A stretch of 64,000 nucleotides of DNA from Zancudomyces culisetae HAW-14-8 (taxonomy: Eukaryota; Fungi; Kickxellomycota). Below the pieces are notes generated by a model. It made no database searches, had not been told where the DNA came from, and was given only the letters and a program-made list of their open reading frames with translations. Positions 20,423-33,437 of this stretch are shown in pieces; the first letter of the stretch is position 1, and every line of letters starts with the position of its first letter. The stretch covers positions 310,001 to 374,000 of the forward strand of contig JBNJNM010000011.1 of NCBI GenBank assembly GCA_052426225.1, read 5' to 3'. The position numbers and the translations under genes are program-made.

Positions 20423-23314
20423 GTTCAAATTTACTTTTACTTTTAATTATATGTTACTTTATCCTCTATATTATCAAGTATATTTTTATCAGAATAAGTA
20501 TACCCCGCCATACATCAATTACAATGCAACATTTCTTACACGTTAAAACAGAGGATGAATTGAATACAGGAAATTCTTACCTTTTTTCAATTATTTTTTA
20601 AAAGTTACAATTCAGCATTTTCGCTTCGACCTGCCCTGATATATTTTCTTCCACACCTCACTATTATATTCTATGGCTTGTTTTATAGAATCAGTAAGAT
20701 TTTTTTCATTTCAACTTTGATTTTTATTTTCCTAGATTGATGAGAATTATCAATGGAAAATTTGGAAATTAATCTCCCAGCTTCAAATTATTTCTGGTAG
20801 GAATTGTTTTTCTGAATTGTTTTTCCCATCTGCCTAAAAAATAAAAAAATGAATAAATTAAAATACATTGCCAATCATTAATGACCTTTTTATAGTGGAA
20901 AGTTTATTCAACAAAAGTATTTAGATTTTTAATCGACGCTGTTTTGTTTTTCCTTATGTATTTCCATGAATCTTGATGAATCTCTGTAAAAAAAAAAAGC
21001 CAAAAAAATCGCTTTCAAACCTGTTTTGGCTAATTGCAATTGGTATTTTTTTTACAGGTGTTGACTTGCAAAATGGTACTTGAAATACGAAAATAAAAAC
21101 TATTGGCCCATTAAGCGCAAACAAAAAACTAATGGAAATAACTTAATTGCATCAAACCAGTGGTGCACAAATCAGCTTCAAACAACCCCGCTGTTCTTGT
21201 TATTTTTTACATCTTGTTTACATGTGCAATTTTAGATGCTGCTAATCTGACATAGACTCTTTTTCCTGTTACTTCTTCATTCTAATCCTCTTGTTCCTTT
21301 CCTCTCTGTGGGAATAGATGTATCGTAATAAGGCAAGCACAGTAACACCATTAAGGTCGATTTATCTTTTGAAAATCTTGCATCAAAAAAGGAATGGAAT
21401 ATCCTGTTGTCATCAAATTGGTTTTATTTCTTGTTTTCTTTGATTTCTTTTTGTTTGTTTTTTCTTTATCACAAATGTTCTAAATACCAAAGTTCAGAAA
21501 CAGTTGCCCATCCAAGTAAATAACCATAAATTAAGCTAAAAGTGAACAAGATAAGAACATATATATTTCGAGGCTGTAAAAGCTGGGGAGAGAGTGTAGT
21601 AAACCCAATTGCAGGAAGTGTCTTTATACAAAAGCTTTTTTCAATAATTTTTAGTTATGTCTCAAGTCAGTAGCTTTGTAGTAAATGGCCACGTTTTGCA
21701 TATGATTATGACTGTTGTTTATTTATGTGTTAACACAACACTTTGTATATTTTCTAACTAAAAATTCTCCCTTTAGCTACCTAACTACTTCCTCTTCTTA
21801 TATCGAGTTCCGCGTTTTTTATCTTGTTGTCTTGGCAGTGATCCTTGTCTGTGATAGACATTAATCTGTCATTTATTTTGTGTAAGCTATTATGCAATCC
21901 TTGAGTTTGTAGTCGTTACGGCAGCTTAAAAGCTTCAACAACCCGCTGTATTAACACACTCTCATATGGTCAGCGTAAATACCCCCAACAGAACCTCTCC
22001 GCCCCCTTCACCCAATTCCACTTGGCAAGCGCTCCAATGTGTTGTGCTCATTACCACCAAACCACCAAGCAAAACAAAAAAATGATACCTAATACTTTGA
22101 TTCTAATCAATTTCAAGTTGGGTTTTCACGCAAACATTTTAAACTATCACTTATACCTCTAAAATCCAGTGTACAAAAAGTATCTATTACTATTACTTGT
22201 GTTTTTCCAAAAGTTCGTTTATACGGAGAAATTCGGTTTTAAGTTTAAAGAAAAGATATCCGAATGATTTCAAATGTACGACATTTGTTTGTAATAAAAA
22301 GAATTGGGGTAAAAAGTACCAATGGCTACTATTATTTATGACTGTTAATAAGCTTGGCTCAAATAATTTATACCCTTTTATTTAGTTTACTTGATTAATA
22401 GCAAAAATATAATAATATCTTAAGAATATCCTAAAAATGTACTTCGAAAAAGACTCCCACACTCTTCTCTTGGGTTCTTCAATGTCTTATTATGAAAATA
22501 ATAATAAAATAAGGCCTGTAGGAAAATCGATTCCGCTTGGACTGTAAAAACTTAGAACCTATCCATGTGACTATGATAAAAAATTAGAATTAATAATATG
22601 AGAACTGAAAAACGAGTTTTACAATTCACCACTACTATGATATTGTATTACTAATACAACTATTCTATTTCACAGTTTTTTTGGTCAAGCTTCAAACTTC
22701 TGCTTGTTGCAAAACCACAACAATTAATACAATAAAAAACAATTGATTCCAAATTTTAGACCCATGCTCTAAGAGTTAAGGAGTTTACTAAATCCACAAA
22801 TTTTTTTTATAGGGCTGCAACAAGAGAAATTTTTCTGTATTTTTACTAGTATTGAATTTTCGATTTCTTACTAGCTCTATAATTGGTCTATGATAATGTA
22901 AGCATAATGATAGGTCCAAAAGCTAAAACTGATTTTGTATAATGACAAATTTGCTAGTACAAGACAAGTGGATTTATCAGAATTTGAAGTTAAAAAAGCT
23001 AAGGAAAGGGAAGCATGCAAACTAGAAATAATTATAAGAGTGCGTTTTAAACAATTAGAGGCTATAAATACCGAACCAGATGTTTGTTGTATTTGCTTTT
23101 TTGTTTCGTTTATTCTATTACATTTTAAATAAATAAGATAAAGTGGAAAAGTATCTTGAGGGTACCGATAAAAGTTCAGTGAAAATAAGGGCTTAGCTTT
23201 ACACTGTTAATCCGAAAACAGGTGTAAAGAAAAAAAAACTAAAAGGTAAAGAGTGAAAATTATCTTGAGCATTTACCATAATTATAAATTGCACATACTT
23301 AAAAAAGACGGTAA

Positions 23315-26300
23315 ATGGACTCTAATAACAGGTTAAAGGGGATAGCAGAGGCGAATCTACTCCAGTATCTGACTTTTGGGTATAGCACGGATCTAGTATG
23401 GAATTACGGAAAAAATCCACTAGGGATTACACCCGATATACTTCCTGAGCTCTATGTTGATGACAAACCCGATGTAGTTGCCAGGAAACTGAAAGCCGGA
23501 TGGGAAAAAGAAGTGAAGAGCGGGAGAAAATCGCTCTATCGGATTATCTTTAAAATAGTAAAGAAATACTTGCTCATTAGTCTAGTGGCAGGGTTTGCCA
23601 CTTCGATAACCAAGATTTTGCGTGCGTACTTGGTAGGATGTCTTATTGCACACTTTAATGATCCTAGCCAGCCTACATATATGGGGTATGTATATGGGCT
23701 CTTGCTGATGATAAATATTATAATCTCAGTGAATGGATTTCAACACTTCCTGTTCCCACAGTTTAGAGCAGGATTTCAGATAAAAACCGGGTTAATATCA
23801 CTCTTATTTGAAAAGTCGTTGACAATATCGGCTTCATCGTCAAAATCAGTAGGTGAAGCCGTCAATATTATATCGAACGATGTTCAACCAATAGAGTTTC
23901 TTCTTCAGTTTGTCAACTATGTGTTGATTGCGCCATTTGAATTGGTGGCTTCGTTGGGATTTATATACATGTATTTGGGAATATCGGGATTGGTTTCAGT
24001 GGGAGTATTTTTGCTGATTCTTCAGATAGTTAGTTTGATCTCGCGATTCTTTGGTGGAATCAGAAAGAATACCGTTAGGTTCAGAGATGACAGAATCAAA
24101 TTACTGACGGATATGTTGGGCGGGATCGAAATAGTAAAGATAAATACATGGGAGAAACCCATCACCGAGAGAATAAATGCCTTGAGAGCACAAGAATATA
24201 AAAACTTAAGAAAGGCCAGTACACTGAAGGGCCTTACTTTAGGAATAGGTATGGTCTCGGTGCAGATTGTACAAGCAGCGACATTTATAGTATTGTGGCT
24301 GTTGGTAGTGAAGGGCATTGGAACAAATGTGGGTGATTCCGGAGCTTTTCTTCCACAAAACATATTCCCGAGTATTTCATTGCTATCGATAGTAAAGGGT
24401 TCGTTGTTTACGTTTATACCGATTGTACTAGAAAAGTACTACGAGTCAAAGGTAAGCATAAAAAGAATAGTGGATTTCTTGATGCTTCCTAGTACATCGT
24501 TGGTAGAGGGGACAGCGACTGAAAGCAAGGAATCTGATGGAGAGGAAAGAGGCGAGCTTGATAGAAAATACGATGTGGGAGGTAACAGTAATAGCAAGCC
24601 TGAGGAAAATAATAATGCGGTGATTGTAGATTCAGGATATTTTAGTTGGAAATATGAAGGTAATACAGTCGTAAGTGATGAGCCAAATAAAACTGGAGGG
24701 GAAAAGGCCAACGAGTTGGAGCGTTCCAAAGGAGAAATGAGCAACTTGAGTGGGAGTAGCGATGCTGTGATTACACTTCGTGATATCAACTTGACAATCA
24801 AGAGGGGAGAGCTGTGTGGATTAGTGGGTGCAGTTGGGAGTGGAAAATCATCACTGTGTCAAGCAATCTTAGGGGAAATGAAGTTACTTTCGGGGACCAT
24901 ATCAGTAAATATCAACAGAGACAGACCAACATCATCTATTGCATACGCTGCACAATCAGCATTTATATTTGGCGGGACTATACTAGAAAACATATTGTTT
25001 GGAGCTGAATACAACAAGGAGTGGTTTGAGCAAGTGGTGAAAGCGTGTTCATTGGAAAGGGATTTTGAGCAATTTGAAAATAGAGAATACACAATAATTG
25101 GCGAGCGAGGTACAACGCTGAGTGGTGGACAAAAGGCACGAGTGGCACTGGCAAGAGCTGTTTATCAAGATGCTGAGTTGTATTTACTTGATGATCCATT
25201 GTCAGCAGTTGACCCCAAGGTTGCGCGACAGTTGTTTAGCGATGTGATTTGTGGCTTGCTGAAGGACAAGACTCGAATTCTTGTAACTCATCAGTTGCAG
25301 TTTATTCATTCGTGTGATAATGTAGCATTAATGGAGAGTGGGGCAATAATCAATTATGGACATCCTGAAACCATTCCGGAATTAGACAAGTATCAAAACG
25401 AAGAAGAGGATGATGAAGGGGATGATGATGTAATTGATGGCCCTGGAACTGATATTGAGGATGACCATAAACAGAATGCTCAATCCAGCGAATCTGCTAC
25501 AGGAGCATTGGTAGTAACCAATAAACAACTTGGAATAGCTACTGTAGATACTGTGGACTCAAACAGTTCAAAGCCATTGGTAGAGTTTTATTTTGACGAA
25601 AAGGAGAAAAAAGAAACTTCGATGATTTTAGAATTAGAGAATAGCACAAAACCCACAAAAGAAAATGAAGGGAAAGAGAAAGAGAAAGAGAGTGGCGAAT
25701 TAAACAAACTCGGAGCCCAAGAAGGAATTATGGAAGGTTCTACTAGCTTTTCAACATATTTGAACTACTTTAAACTGGGGGGAGGCTATTTGTACTCTGG
25801 CATGTGTGTGGTGATTTCTGTTGGAGCACACGCACTGTATATGGCATGTGATCTTTATTTGGTGCGCTGGGCTGCGGCTGATCCCACTACCAAAGCCGAT
25901 CCTTCCAAAGTATATGAATACTTGGGACTGGTTGCCGCCGCTTGTGTCACGTACATTATTGCGTGTATCTTTTTGATGAATCTTTTGTTGGCGTCATCGC
26001 ACGGATTGTTTGGAAAAATGCTTAAGGCTGTTGTTGACTCACCACTGAGCTTCTTTCAGGCTCAGCCTCAGGGAAGAGTGTTGAATAGGTTTAGTAAGGA
26101 TCAGAGCAGCACTGACGAAACTCTTCCCAAAGACTTTATCGATACATATATAACTGGAGTTGTGGTTCTTGGTTCGTTTGTGTTTATTGGAATTGCCAGT
26201 CCTTGGCTGTTAATCACATTTCCACCCGTCTTTTATGCTTTTTACTGGTTACGACAGGTATATATAAGGGCAAGCAGACAGCTGAAAAGACTGGAATCGA

Positions 26301-27535
26301 TATCTCGAAGCCCCGTCTATTCCCTCTTATCCGAGGCACTGGATGGGATAATTACCATTCGTGCCTTTGCTGCTCAGCCTAGGATTAACCAGCTGTTTAA
26401 CGAGTTCCAGAGCGAAAATTCCCGAGCATATATTTCATTTCTTGGTGCTGCAAGGTGGGTCAGTGTGCGTTTTGAGCTCATTGATATCATATTTTCTCTT
26501 GTCACCTTGGTTGTGATGATTGCAACCAGAAACAGTTTATCACCATCTCTTGCTTCTATTTCCCTGAGTTACATGTTGCTGCTTCTTGGAAATATCCAGT
26601 GGGGTATACGGCAGAGCATCGAGGTTGAGATTGGATTTGTTTCTGTTGATAGAAACATTGAGTATACAAAACTTCCCCCAGAAGATCCACTGCAAGACTC
26701 TGCTGAAGCTGCTGCGCTAGTTCCTGCCAACTGGCCTCAAACTGCTGCTATTTCACTCAACAACTTGAACCTGATATATCCTAATTCTGAGAAGGCTGTA
26801 CTGAAAAATGTTACTCTAGATATCAAGTCTTGCGAAAAAATCGGTGTGGTTGGGCGAACCGGTGCTGGAAAATCATCCCTCGTTTCGTGTTTCTTCAGAC
26901 TTGTCCAGCCTTATCCGGATGGCTGTATAACAATTGATGGAGTTGATACTTCAAAGCTGCGTCTACATGATCTCAGAAAGCATTTGTGTATGATTCCTCA
27001 ACAACCATTTATGTTTGAAGGTTCGTTGCGGTTTAACTTGGACCCCTGGAATGAATATTCTGATACGCAGATATGGAAGGCTCTTGAGGCCTCTGAATTA
27101 AAACAGACTGTGGAGAGACTGCCCAACAAGCTTGAGACTCAGGTTGTTGAAAATGGCAAGAATTTCAGTGCTGGTGAGCGGCAACTTATTTCTTTATGCC
27201 GGGCAATTCTTGGAAATTCCAGACTAATTGTGATGGATGAAGCCACTGCAAACATCGATTTGGAAACCGACAAGTTAATCCAAAAGGCCATACATTCCTA
27301 CTTTAAAAACTCTACCGTTATCACTATTGCTCATCGTTTACATACTGTTATTGGCGGCGGTTATGATAAAGTTTTGGTTTTGGATAAAGGTGCTGTGGTG
27401 GAGTTTGGCGAGCCGTGGGATTTGATTCAGAATCCCGACTCATTGTTGGGCAAGATGATTGCTGATACTGGTGATGCCATGCAGAAAAATCTAAAGAGTC
27501 TTGCTTTTGAACAATGGAAGAGTAAGCGTATGTGA
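23315..27535 (+). CDS. ABCC/MRP4-type ABC transporter (TMD-NBD-TMD-NBD, no TMD0)
   Basis: Walker A GAVGSGKS and GRTGAGKS; signatures LSGGQKAR and FSAGERQL; Walker B YLLDDPLSAVD and VMDEATA; RLESISRSP motif. Confidence 0.95.
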   Translation: MDSNNRLKGIAEANLLQYLTFGYSTDLVWNYGKNPLGITPDILPELYVDDKPDVVARKLKAGWEKEVKSGRKSLYRIIFKIVKKYLLISLVAGFATSITKILRAYLVGCLIAHFNDPSQPTYMGYVYGLLLMINIIISVNGFQHFLFPQFRAGFQIKTGLISLLFEKSLTISASSSKSVGEAVNIISNDVQPIEFLLQFVNYVLIAPFELVASLGFIYMYLGISGLVSVGVFLLILQIVSLISRFFGGIRKNTVRFRDDRIKLLTDMLGGIEIVKINTWEKPITERINALRAQEYKNLRKASTLKGLTLGIGMVSVQIVQAATFIVLWLLVVKGIGTNVGDSGAFLPQNIFPSISLLSIVKGSLFTFIPIVLEKYYESKVSIKRIVDFLMLPSTSLVEGTATESKESDGEERGELDRKYDVGGNSNSKPEENNNAVIVDSGYFSWKYEGNTVVSDEPNKTGGEKANELERSKGEMSNLSGSSDAVITLRDINLTIKRGELCGLVGAVGSGKSSLCQAILGEMKLLSGTISVNINRDRPTSSIAYAAQSAFIFGGTILENILFGAEYNKEWFEQVVKACSLERDFEQFENREYTIIGERGTTLSGGQKARVALARAVYQDAELYLLDDPLSAVDPKVARQLFSDVICGLLKDKTRILVTHQLQFIHSCDNVALMESGAIINYGHPETIPELDKYQNEEEDDEGDDDVIDGPGTDIEDDHKQNAQSSESATGALVVTNKQLGIATVDTVDSNSSKPLVEFYFDEKEKKETSMILELENSTKPTKENEGKEKEKESGELNKLGAQEGIMEGSTSFSTYLNYFKLGGGYLYSGMCVVISVGAHALYMACDLYLVRWAAADPTTKADPSKVYEYLGLVAAACVTYIIACIFLMNLLLASSHGLFGKMLKAVVDSPLSFFQAQPQGRVLNRFSKDQSSTDETLPKDFIDTYITGVVVLGSFVFIGIASPWLLITFPPVFYAFYWLRQVYIRASRQLKRLESISRSPVYSLLSEALDGIITIRAFAAQPRINQLFNEFQSENSRAYISFLGAARWVSVRFELIDIIFSLVTLVVMIATRNSLSPSLASISLSYMLLLLGNIQWGIRQSIEVEIGFVSVDRNIEYTKLPPEDPLQDSAEAAALVPANWPQTAAISLNNLNLIYPNSEKAVLKNVTLDIKSCEKIGVVGRTGAGKSSLVSCFFRLVQPYPDGCITIDGVDTSKLRLHDLRKHLCMIPQQPFMFEGSLRFNLDPWNEYSDTQIWKALEASELKQTVERLPNKLETQVVENGKNFSAGERQLISLCRAILGNSRLIVMDEATANIDLETDKLIQKAIHSYFKNSTVITIAHRLHTVIGGGYDKVLVLDKGAVVEFGEPWDLIQNPDSLLGKMIADTGDAMQKNLKSLAFEQWKSKRM

Positions 27536-27577
27536 ATATAAATAGTCTAGCTATTATTTGGGTTTTATTTATTTAAT

Positions 27578-27609
27578 ATTACTTTTACTTTTACTTTTAC
27601 TTTTACTTT
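27578..27609. repeat. (TTTTAC)n microsatellite between convergent ABCC and SNAPC3 stops
   Basis: acttttacttttacttttacttttactttac seen directly. Confidence 0.8.
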
Positions 27610-29274
27610 ACAAAATCAAAGATGCGTAAGGAAAGACTTTGTGTTCAAGTAAAAGCTTTCCATCTTTATCATAATGAAAGGGTATATAACACAAATCACA
27701 AAAATAACATGGAGTTTCTCCACTATGAAAATCATTGACTGTGATATACTTGGCTACATACAAATTACACATTTGGCATTTATGGTACCTAGTCCGTGCA
27801 TTAAATGTCTGTCTAGGAAATGTTTCTATACTATTCATATTGTTGTTGGTGTTAGTATCCATATAACTGACGGATGTGAAATACATGATATGTTGGCAAT
27901 TCCCCTGGTGACAAAACAAGTATGGATAGTTGATCCGGATATTCAATTCCTCAAATCTAGTTTCGTCCATTATCTTGTGTCCAAACTTCCGATTATTATT
28001 ATTATCTTTACTATTGCTATTGTTGAGTTTTTCGATTATTAATGTACTGTAATCTATTGCCTTTTCATTTCTCTTGTCCACATAAAACGTTTCCTCTATA
28101 AAAAAATAACTTGATGATGTTTTTCTATCCGAATAATTTATAATTTCATTATCATTCTCATCCCCGTTTCCTCCATATGATAAAAAATCGTTGATACAGT
28201 AAAATATGTCCCTTAAAACCGTCAGTTTTTGACTTGATAAAACCAGAAATTCTGCCATTTTTACTTTTGGTGTACTTGGTTTAGAAAGACTAACCGATAA
28301 AACCAACCCGCCACCGACACCACCAGTATTGCTACTGCCACTGCCACTACTACCATTCATTTGTGTCGTTTGTTTATTTTCCTCCGCTTTACTTGATACA
28401 TAATTTATTGGTGGTCTATATTTTGTTGGTATTGGAATACAATTTCTATCCTTTAAACTCGCCAGCTTTAAATTATCCAGCATTCTCGCCACCTTTTTAA
28501 ACTTTGCATCTAATTCTGTTTCGGTTTTAAATACCTTGGCTATCTGTTGTTTTCTATCATGCAAGTGTCTCTGAAACGGAGTAATTTTCATCGTCACTGG
28601 TATTATCCCAGCTACATTTTTTCTTTTTGGAGGGCGTAGTAATTGCGGTTGTTGTTGTGTTTGTGATTGCTCTTCTAGTGACTCTTCTGACTTCTTGATC
28701 TATAATAAAACATGTTTGTACATATAAATATCATGTCATCAAGATTGAAAATAGAGTAAATAGTAAAAAAATAACATATACATATACATAAACATTTATT
28801 TTTTTATACATTTTCTGTTGCTGTCCGAGATCTTTCTGTTGCTTTCCGAGATCCATTTGAAATTTCACAACCGTTAGTTACTCCCTTTTCTCCACCAAGA
28901 ATCTTGTAATTCTCTTGTTCACCATCATCGCGTTCTCCTTTTCCTCGCTTTTCTTTAGAAACCACTAATTTCGTGCCCTGTGGTTCATTCCCAAACGTAT
29001 AAAAACTAGGTACTACCACATCTGCCTTTTGTCGGTTAACTCTTGGATTCTTGTAGTTTTTTAATAAAAATACCAATTGCGGATCCGTAAATGCCTCATC
29101 GGGCAAACATTCGTCCTCAGTTACTTGGCATCGTGAGGCGATTTCTTGTGCTTTTTCTGCACCCCAGTATTCCTGTCCATTAAATATTTCATCCTGTCGA
29201 TTTAAGTATTCCCTTTTGATTGTTTCGTAGAATTCTAAGACTGAAAATAATGATGAACTTTTGCCCGTTTCCAT
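27608..29274 (-). CDS. SNAPC3: snRNA-activating protein complex subunit 3 (SNAP50); exons 29274-28810, 28699-27608
   Basis: EFLVLSSQKLTVLRDIFYC, SSYFFIEETFYVDKR, YPYLFCHQGNCQH, CQMC, PCYFCDLCYIPFHY (zf-SNAP50_C). A phase-0 intron links both ORFs. Confidence 0.9.
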
Positions 29275-29549
29275 GTTATATTTTATTTTTAATTATCAAA
29301 GCCAAGGAAGCTGTAGTTGGTGGGAGAAAGAAAGTATGTAAAAAGTATATTGTACTAAATTCTCAAAAATCAAAACTTTTTTTTCTTTATTTATTTTTAC
29401 GTTTTGATTATTGCTCAGATTAATATCACTCTGCGAATTATCAAATATTACTGGACCTAAAACAGAGTATTAAACACAAAAGAGAGATATTGGACCTCTT
29501 GCTCATCAATAAATTGAAAAACACTTTTTTTAACAAGGTACCTTTTCCT

Positions 29550-29575
29550 CACACACACACGCACACACACACACG
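29550..29575. repeat. (CA)n microsatellite
   Basis: cacacacacacgcacacacacacac seen directly. Confidence 0.8.
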
Positions 29576-30863
29576 CTAATTCAATATATTTGGAATACTA
29601 CACGTCATTAACGACCTTTACATTTATTAGAAACCATTCACGTATGTGATCATATAGAATCATGTTTTAGTTGGTTTGCTTTTCAATAAAAATATATACG
29701 TATATAATATTGAACTAGAATTCACTCATCCTAAAAAGCATACAAGCCCTAAAGTATTTTCGTTTTACTATCAACAGAAGCAGCAACTAGTTTATCTCGC
29801 CAACCAACACAATAAACGCATTGGGCTATTATGAACTTTCTGTTTGCTTACATTACCTCATCTCACGATATACTCTTTTATTACTGTTTTTTTTTTGATG
29901 GTTGGCTCAGATTCTTAAAATCAAAAACGTATATTTATTAATAACCGAAATCAAGCTCCCATAAAAGGAAAAAGCTCACAATTAAAACAAAAATAAGCAA
30001 ATATCTTGGATAGGCTTTGTGTTGAGTGTTAAAAAAATGCTAAAAACTTGTTCAATAAACCTAACCAACTCCTCTCCCACCCCTTGCATTCTAACTGTCG
30101 AATATTTTTGCTACTAATGGATACACGTTCTAAAAAAAAACCTATTCCACTCCCCCTCATCCTTTCCTCATCCGTCCCAAACTCGGGAAATGAAAACTGC
30201 ATTCCTAATTTGCCATTTTTTAAAACACGAATATTTTACCCAATAACCATACTCTTTTTTTTCCGTTTTTTAAAACCTATTCAACCTAAAATTTCGTATT
30301 TATATTTTATTATGCTTTATTGGTACAAAGGATAATTTTGATATACTAAGATTTCCCTCTCATTCCGAGGAAGTTGAGTAAAAGAACAAAGGGACGCTTT
30401 GCTCCACTGTTTTTTCTTTCCTTTTTTAAGTTTTTCCATTTCTACTTTTTTAATTATTATGATATTTTGAAAATAAAAGAGCGTGGTTACTTAATAAAGC
30501 TTATAACCCCAACCAAACTTAAAGATATTTCGATTTCAGACATTCAATCCGTTGAAAACTAGAAAACAAAAAAAACAAAAGTGGTGAGGGGCTCGTACTT
30601 TTACTGCATACTTGTTTGTAAATAGAAACTCGGGTAAAAAAAGAAAGTAATCATATTCTCTATGGAAACTAACTTTTTCGAAAAAATATAAAACCTACCT
30701 TCATACAGCCATAATACAGCTTTTCAGTCCCACAAAGAACAACATCCCTACTTCCTCTTGTAGGTTTTTTTGTGTGTATGAATTTATGTGTATGAGCATA
30801 GTCAATATTGACATCTCGTTTTGTTAATCAGAAGAACACAAGGAAACAAGCAAACAATACAGA

Positions 30864-32360
30864 ATGGATACAAAAGCAACAGATGTATCGATAAATATCA
30901 GTCAGGCTGATACAGTCCAGAATACTAGAGCGCCAAGACATGACTATAAGCACACAATAAAAAAGTACTTGGTAGGGTTTGCTTCCCGTATGGCGCTTGT
31001 TTTGATATATCTGATTATCGTTATTGCAATTCTCATAGCGATCGAACAAACCGTATCCTTTTCAAAATATGATTACGCAAAAACGACATTTCCATGGAAA
31101 TACGATCCCAGAACGCAATTAACCCCGATGGATCCAAACTTTGGACCTTATAACATACTTTTAGATGCTCATTCCCATACCACTAGTTCAGACGGAAAAC
31201 TAAAACCAGAGCAACTGGTGGATCGTGCAATAAGCAATGGATATAACGCAATAGCAGTCACGGACCACCAAACCGTTGCGGGAGGGCTCAAGGCAATGAA
31301 ATATGCACAGGTAAGCTAGTCCACCATTTTTCCCCTGTTTTTGATATATTTTTTAAGCATGTCATAGAGTGCTTAACGTACTTACTTTATTCGGATGTGT
31401 GGCTACGTGGTACTATAGGAAAAATACCCGAATCAAATTGTTGTAATACCTGGAATGGAATATACGTAAGTATCTAATATTTAAACTCGTCTACCTCAAT
31501 CTCATCACCATTCCCCCATTCTATCCACACCCGTTTCTTTTTATCACATAAAGCCTTGTTTTCTTTCTTACATTTTTCAAACTGTACTGAACCATTATAG
31601 GTGTTGCAGGCTTCACATGAATCTGCTTAACATTGAAGAAAACATAAAAGTAGTAAAAGATTTTCCAACAGATGAAGATTTGAAGAATGTCATAGACAAG
31701 ACACATGCGCTGGGTGGATTAGTAATTGTAAATCATATATGGTGGTCTAACGCTACAAACCAGTCACATAGAACGGTATTAACTGATCATCCATCCAGAG
31801 AAAAGCTGCTTGAGCTTGGTGTTGATGGTTTTGAGGTAATAAATTCAAACGTATTTGACTTACCTACCTACCAATTTGTGCTAGAAAACAAGGACAAACT
31901 CGTTGGTGTATCAGGAAGTGACATTCATTCCCCCGATGTTCCCTCCTATGCCTGGACTATTCTCAACGCGGCTGGATTCAATAGGAGTGCCATTATGGAC
32001 CAGTTAAAAGCAAAAAAAACCTCATATTTATTTGATCCAACAGGCTCGCCTTATTTGCCAGAATTTTCTATATCGTCACGCTACTACAAACTCTCTATGC
32101 TTAATGACATTGTACAGCTTCTTTATTCATTCCGCTACTACGATCATGGCACATACTCCTTTCGCGGTTCGTTTTGCCAACCTTCTATTACTCAGGTGTA
32201 TGCCCAGATGGTTGGTTGGGGGATCTTCTATCTGATTTTGGTTTTCTTGTTCTTTGAAGTATTTCGTGGTATTGCTTATGGTCTTTGGCATCTTTCTAGG
32301 AATTTAGTTGCACGCCTGAAAAGTGCCCGTAAAAGGAGAAACACTAACCATATACAGTGA
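30864..32360 (+). CDS. membrane-anchored PHP-family metallophosphoesterase; exons 30864-31310, 31419-31465, 31601-32360
   Basis: DAHSHTTSSDG, AVTDHQ, IPGMEYT, RLHM, IVNH, GFEV, GSDIH motifs. Hydrophobic segments LVLIYLIIVIAILIAI and GWGIFYLILVFLFFEV flank the domain. Confidence 0.85.
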
Positions 32361-32735
32361 ATCTTTTTCTGTTTTTCTAGTTTTCATAGTCTTCACAATT
32401 TTTTTGTTATTATTACTATTTTTACACGTGTCTTATTATCTGTTCTTGTATCTTCTTTTGTACTTTTGTCTTGTATTGTGTTATATTGGCAAAACTAGCC
32501 ATCCTGGTTAAATCAATAATGCCTCGAGTTATTTATCGGAATAAAATAATCTTTGCCTTTTTTTTCCAATACCAATTAATTAGTTGACATTGCAAAATAT
32601 GTTTTGCCATAAAAAATAGTCGAGTGATTCAGCTTTTCTCACCAGTTTAAATTGCTCGTATAATTTGATCTTCCTCACAACTTTTTAATACTATAATAAT
32701 CAAACTATAACCTACAAACAAAGCAATCAAACAAA

Positions 32736-33272
32736 ATGAGTAACCCGAAAACGAAAACATTCGATAAAATTGTTCTATTATACTGTGTGCTACATCTAAC
32801 TTTTGCTTTCCTCACAGATACGGTTCCGCTATTTCCACGACACCTAATCACCGATTTCCAATTGAAGCTAAACAACATTTTAACAAATGTACTGAACGAT
32901 AAGATCTTTTCGCTGGAGCATAGGGTTGGAGACGTAAGGTATTTATGGTTTCATAGTCTCTTGGCACTGGAGTTGTTTTTTCAGGTCCCGCTGTTGGTGA
33001 TTATAATATTACTAATTGCTGTCTACAAGGACTTTAAGGTACACAAAGATTTGCTCTATGTAGTATACGGCACACATGTCGCTACCACCACTATTCCTGT
33101 ATTTGGAAATTTGTTTTTTGGGTACGATAATTCTGTTGTCAGTTTCAACAGCAAGTTGTTGCTTTTTGGCTTTTATTTTCCATTCTTCTTGATTCCCTTG
33201 TTAATGGTTATCACCTCCAGTATCAATATTCTAAACACCATCGAAAATAACAATAGTAAAAAAAGAGTCTAG
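32736..33272 (+). CDS. TMEM97: TMEM97/sigma-2 receptor-like EXPERA membrane protein
   Basis: Four hydrophobic segments; D..PLFP, WFHSLLALELFFQVP, YGTHVATTT, YFPFFLIP; C-terminal KKRV ER-retrieval signal. Confidence 0.8.
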   Translation: MSNPKTKTFDKIVLLYCVLHLTFAFLTDTVPLFPRHLITDFQLKLNNILTNVLNDKIFSLEHRVGDVRYLWFHSLLALELFFQVPLLVIIILLIAVYKDFKVHKDLLYVVYGTHVATTTIPVFGNLFFGYDNSVVSFNSKLLLFGFYFPFFLIPLLMVITSSINILNTIENNNSKKRV

Positions 33273-33437
33273 GTTTATCAGCGTATTTACTTTGCCTTTA
33301 TTAGGTACAATAATACTCCTCGGAGAACAGAGCTAAAGTAATACTACTTTTCGCACTTAGCTTTTAGCTCATACTATTCAGTTACTACTCACTATTAAAA
33401 ATAAACTAAAGAAAAAGTTGAAACCCTAGCAACAAAA

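Noticed and set aside
30662-30691. ATG upstream of the PHP gene as an alternative first exon
   Set aside because: Terminates after nine codons (METNFFEKI*); at most a uORF.
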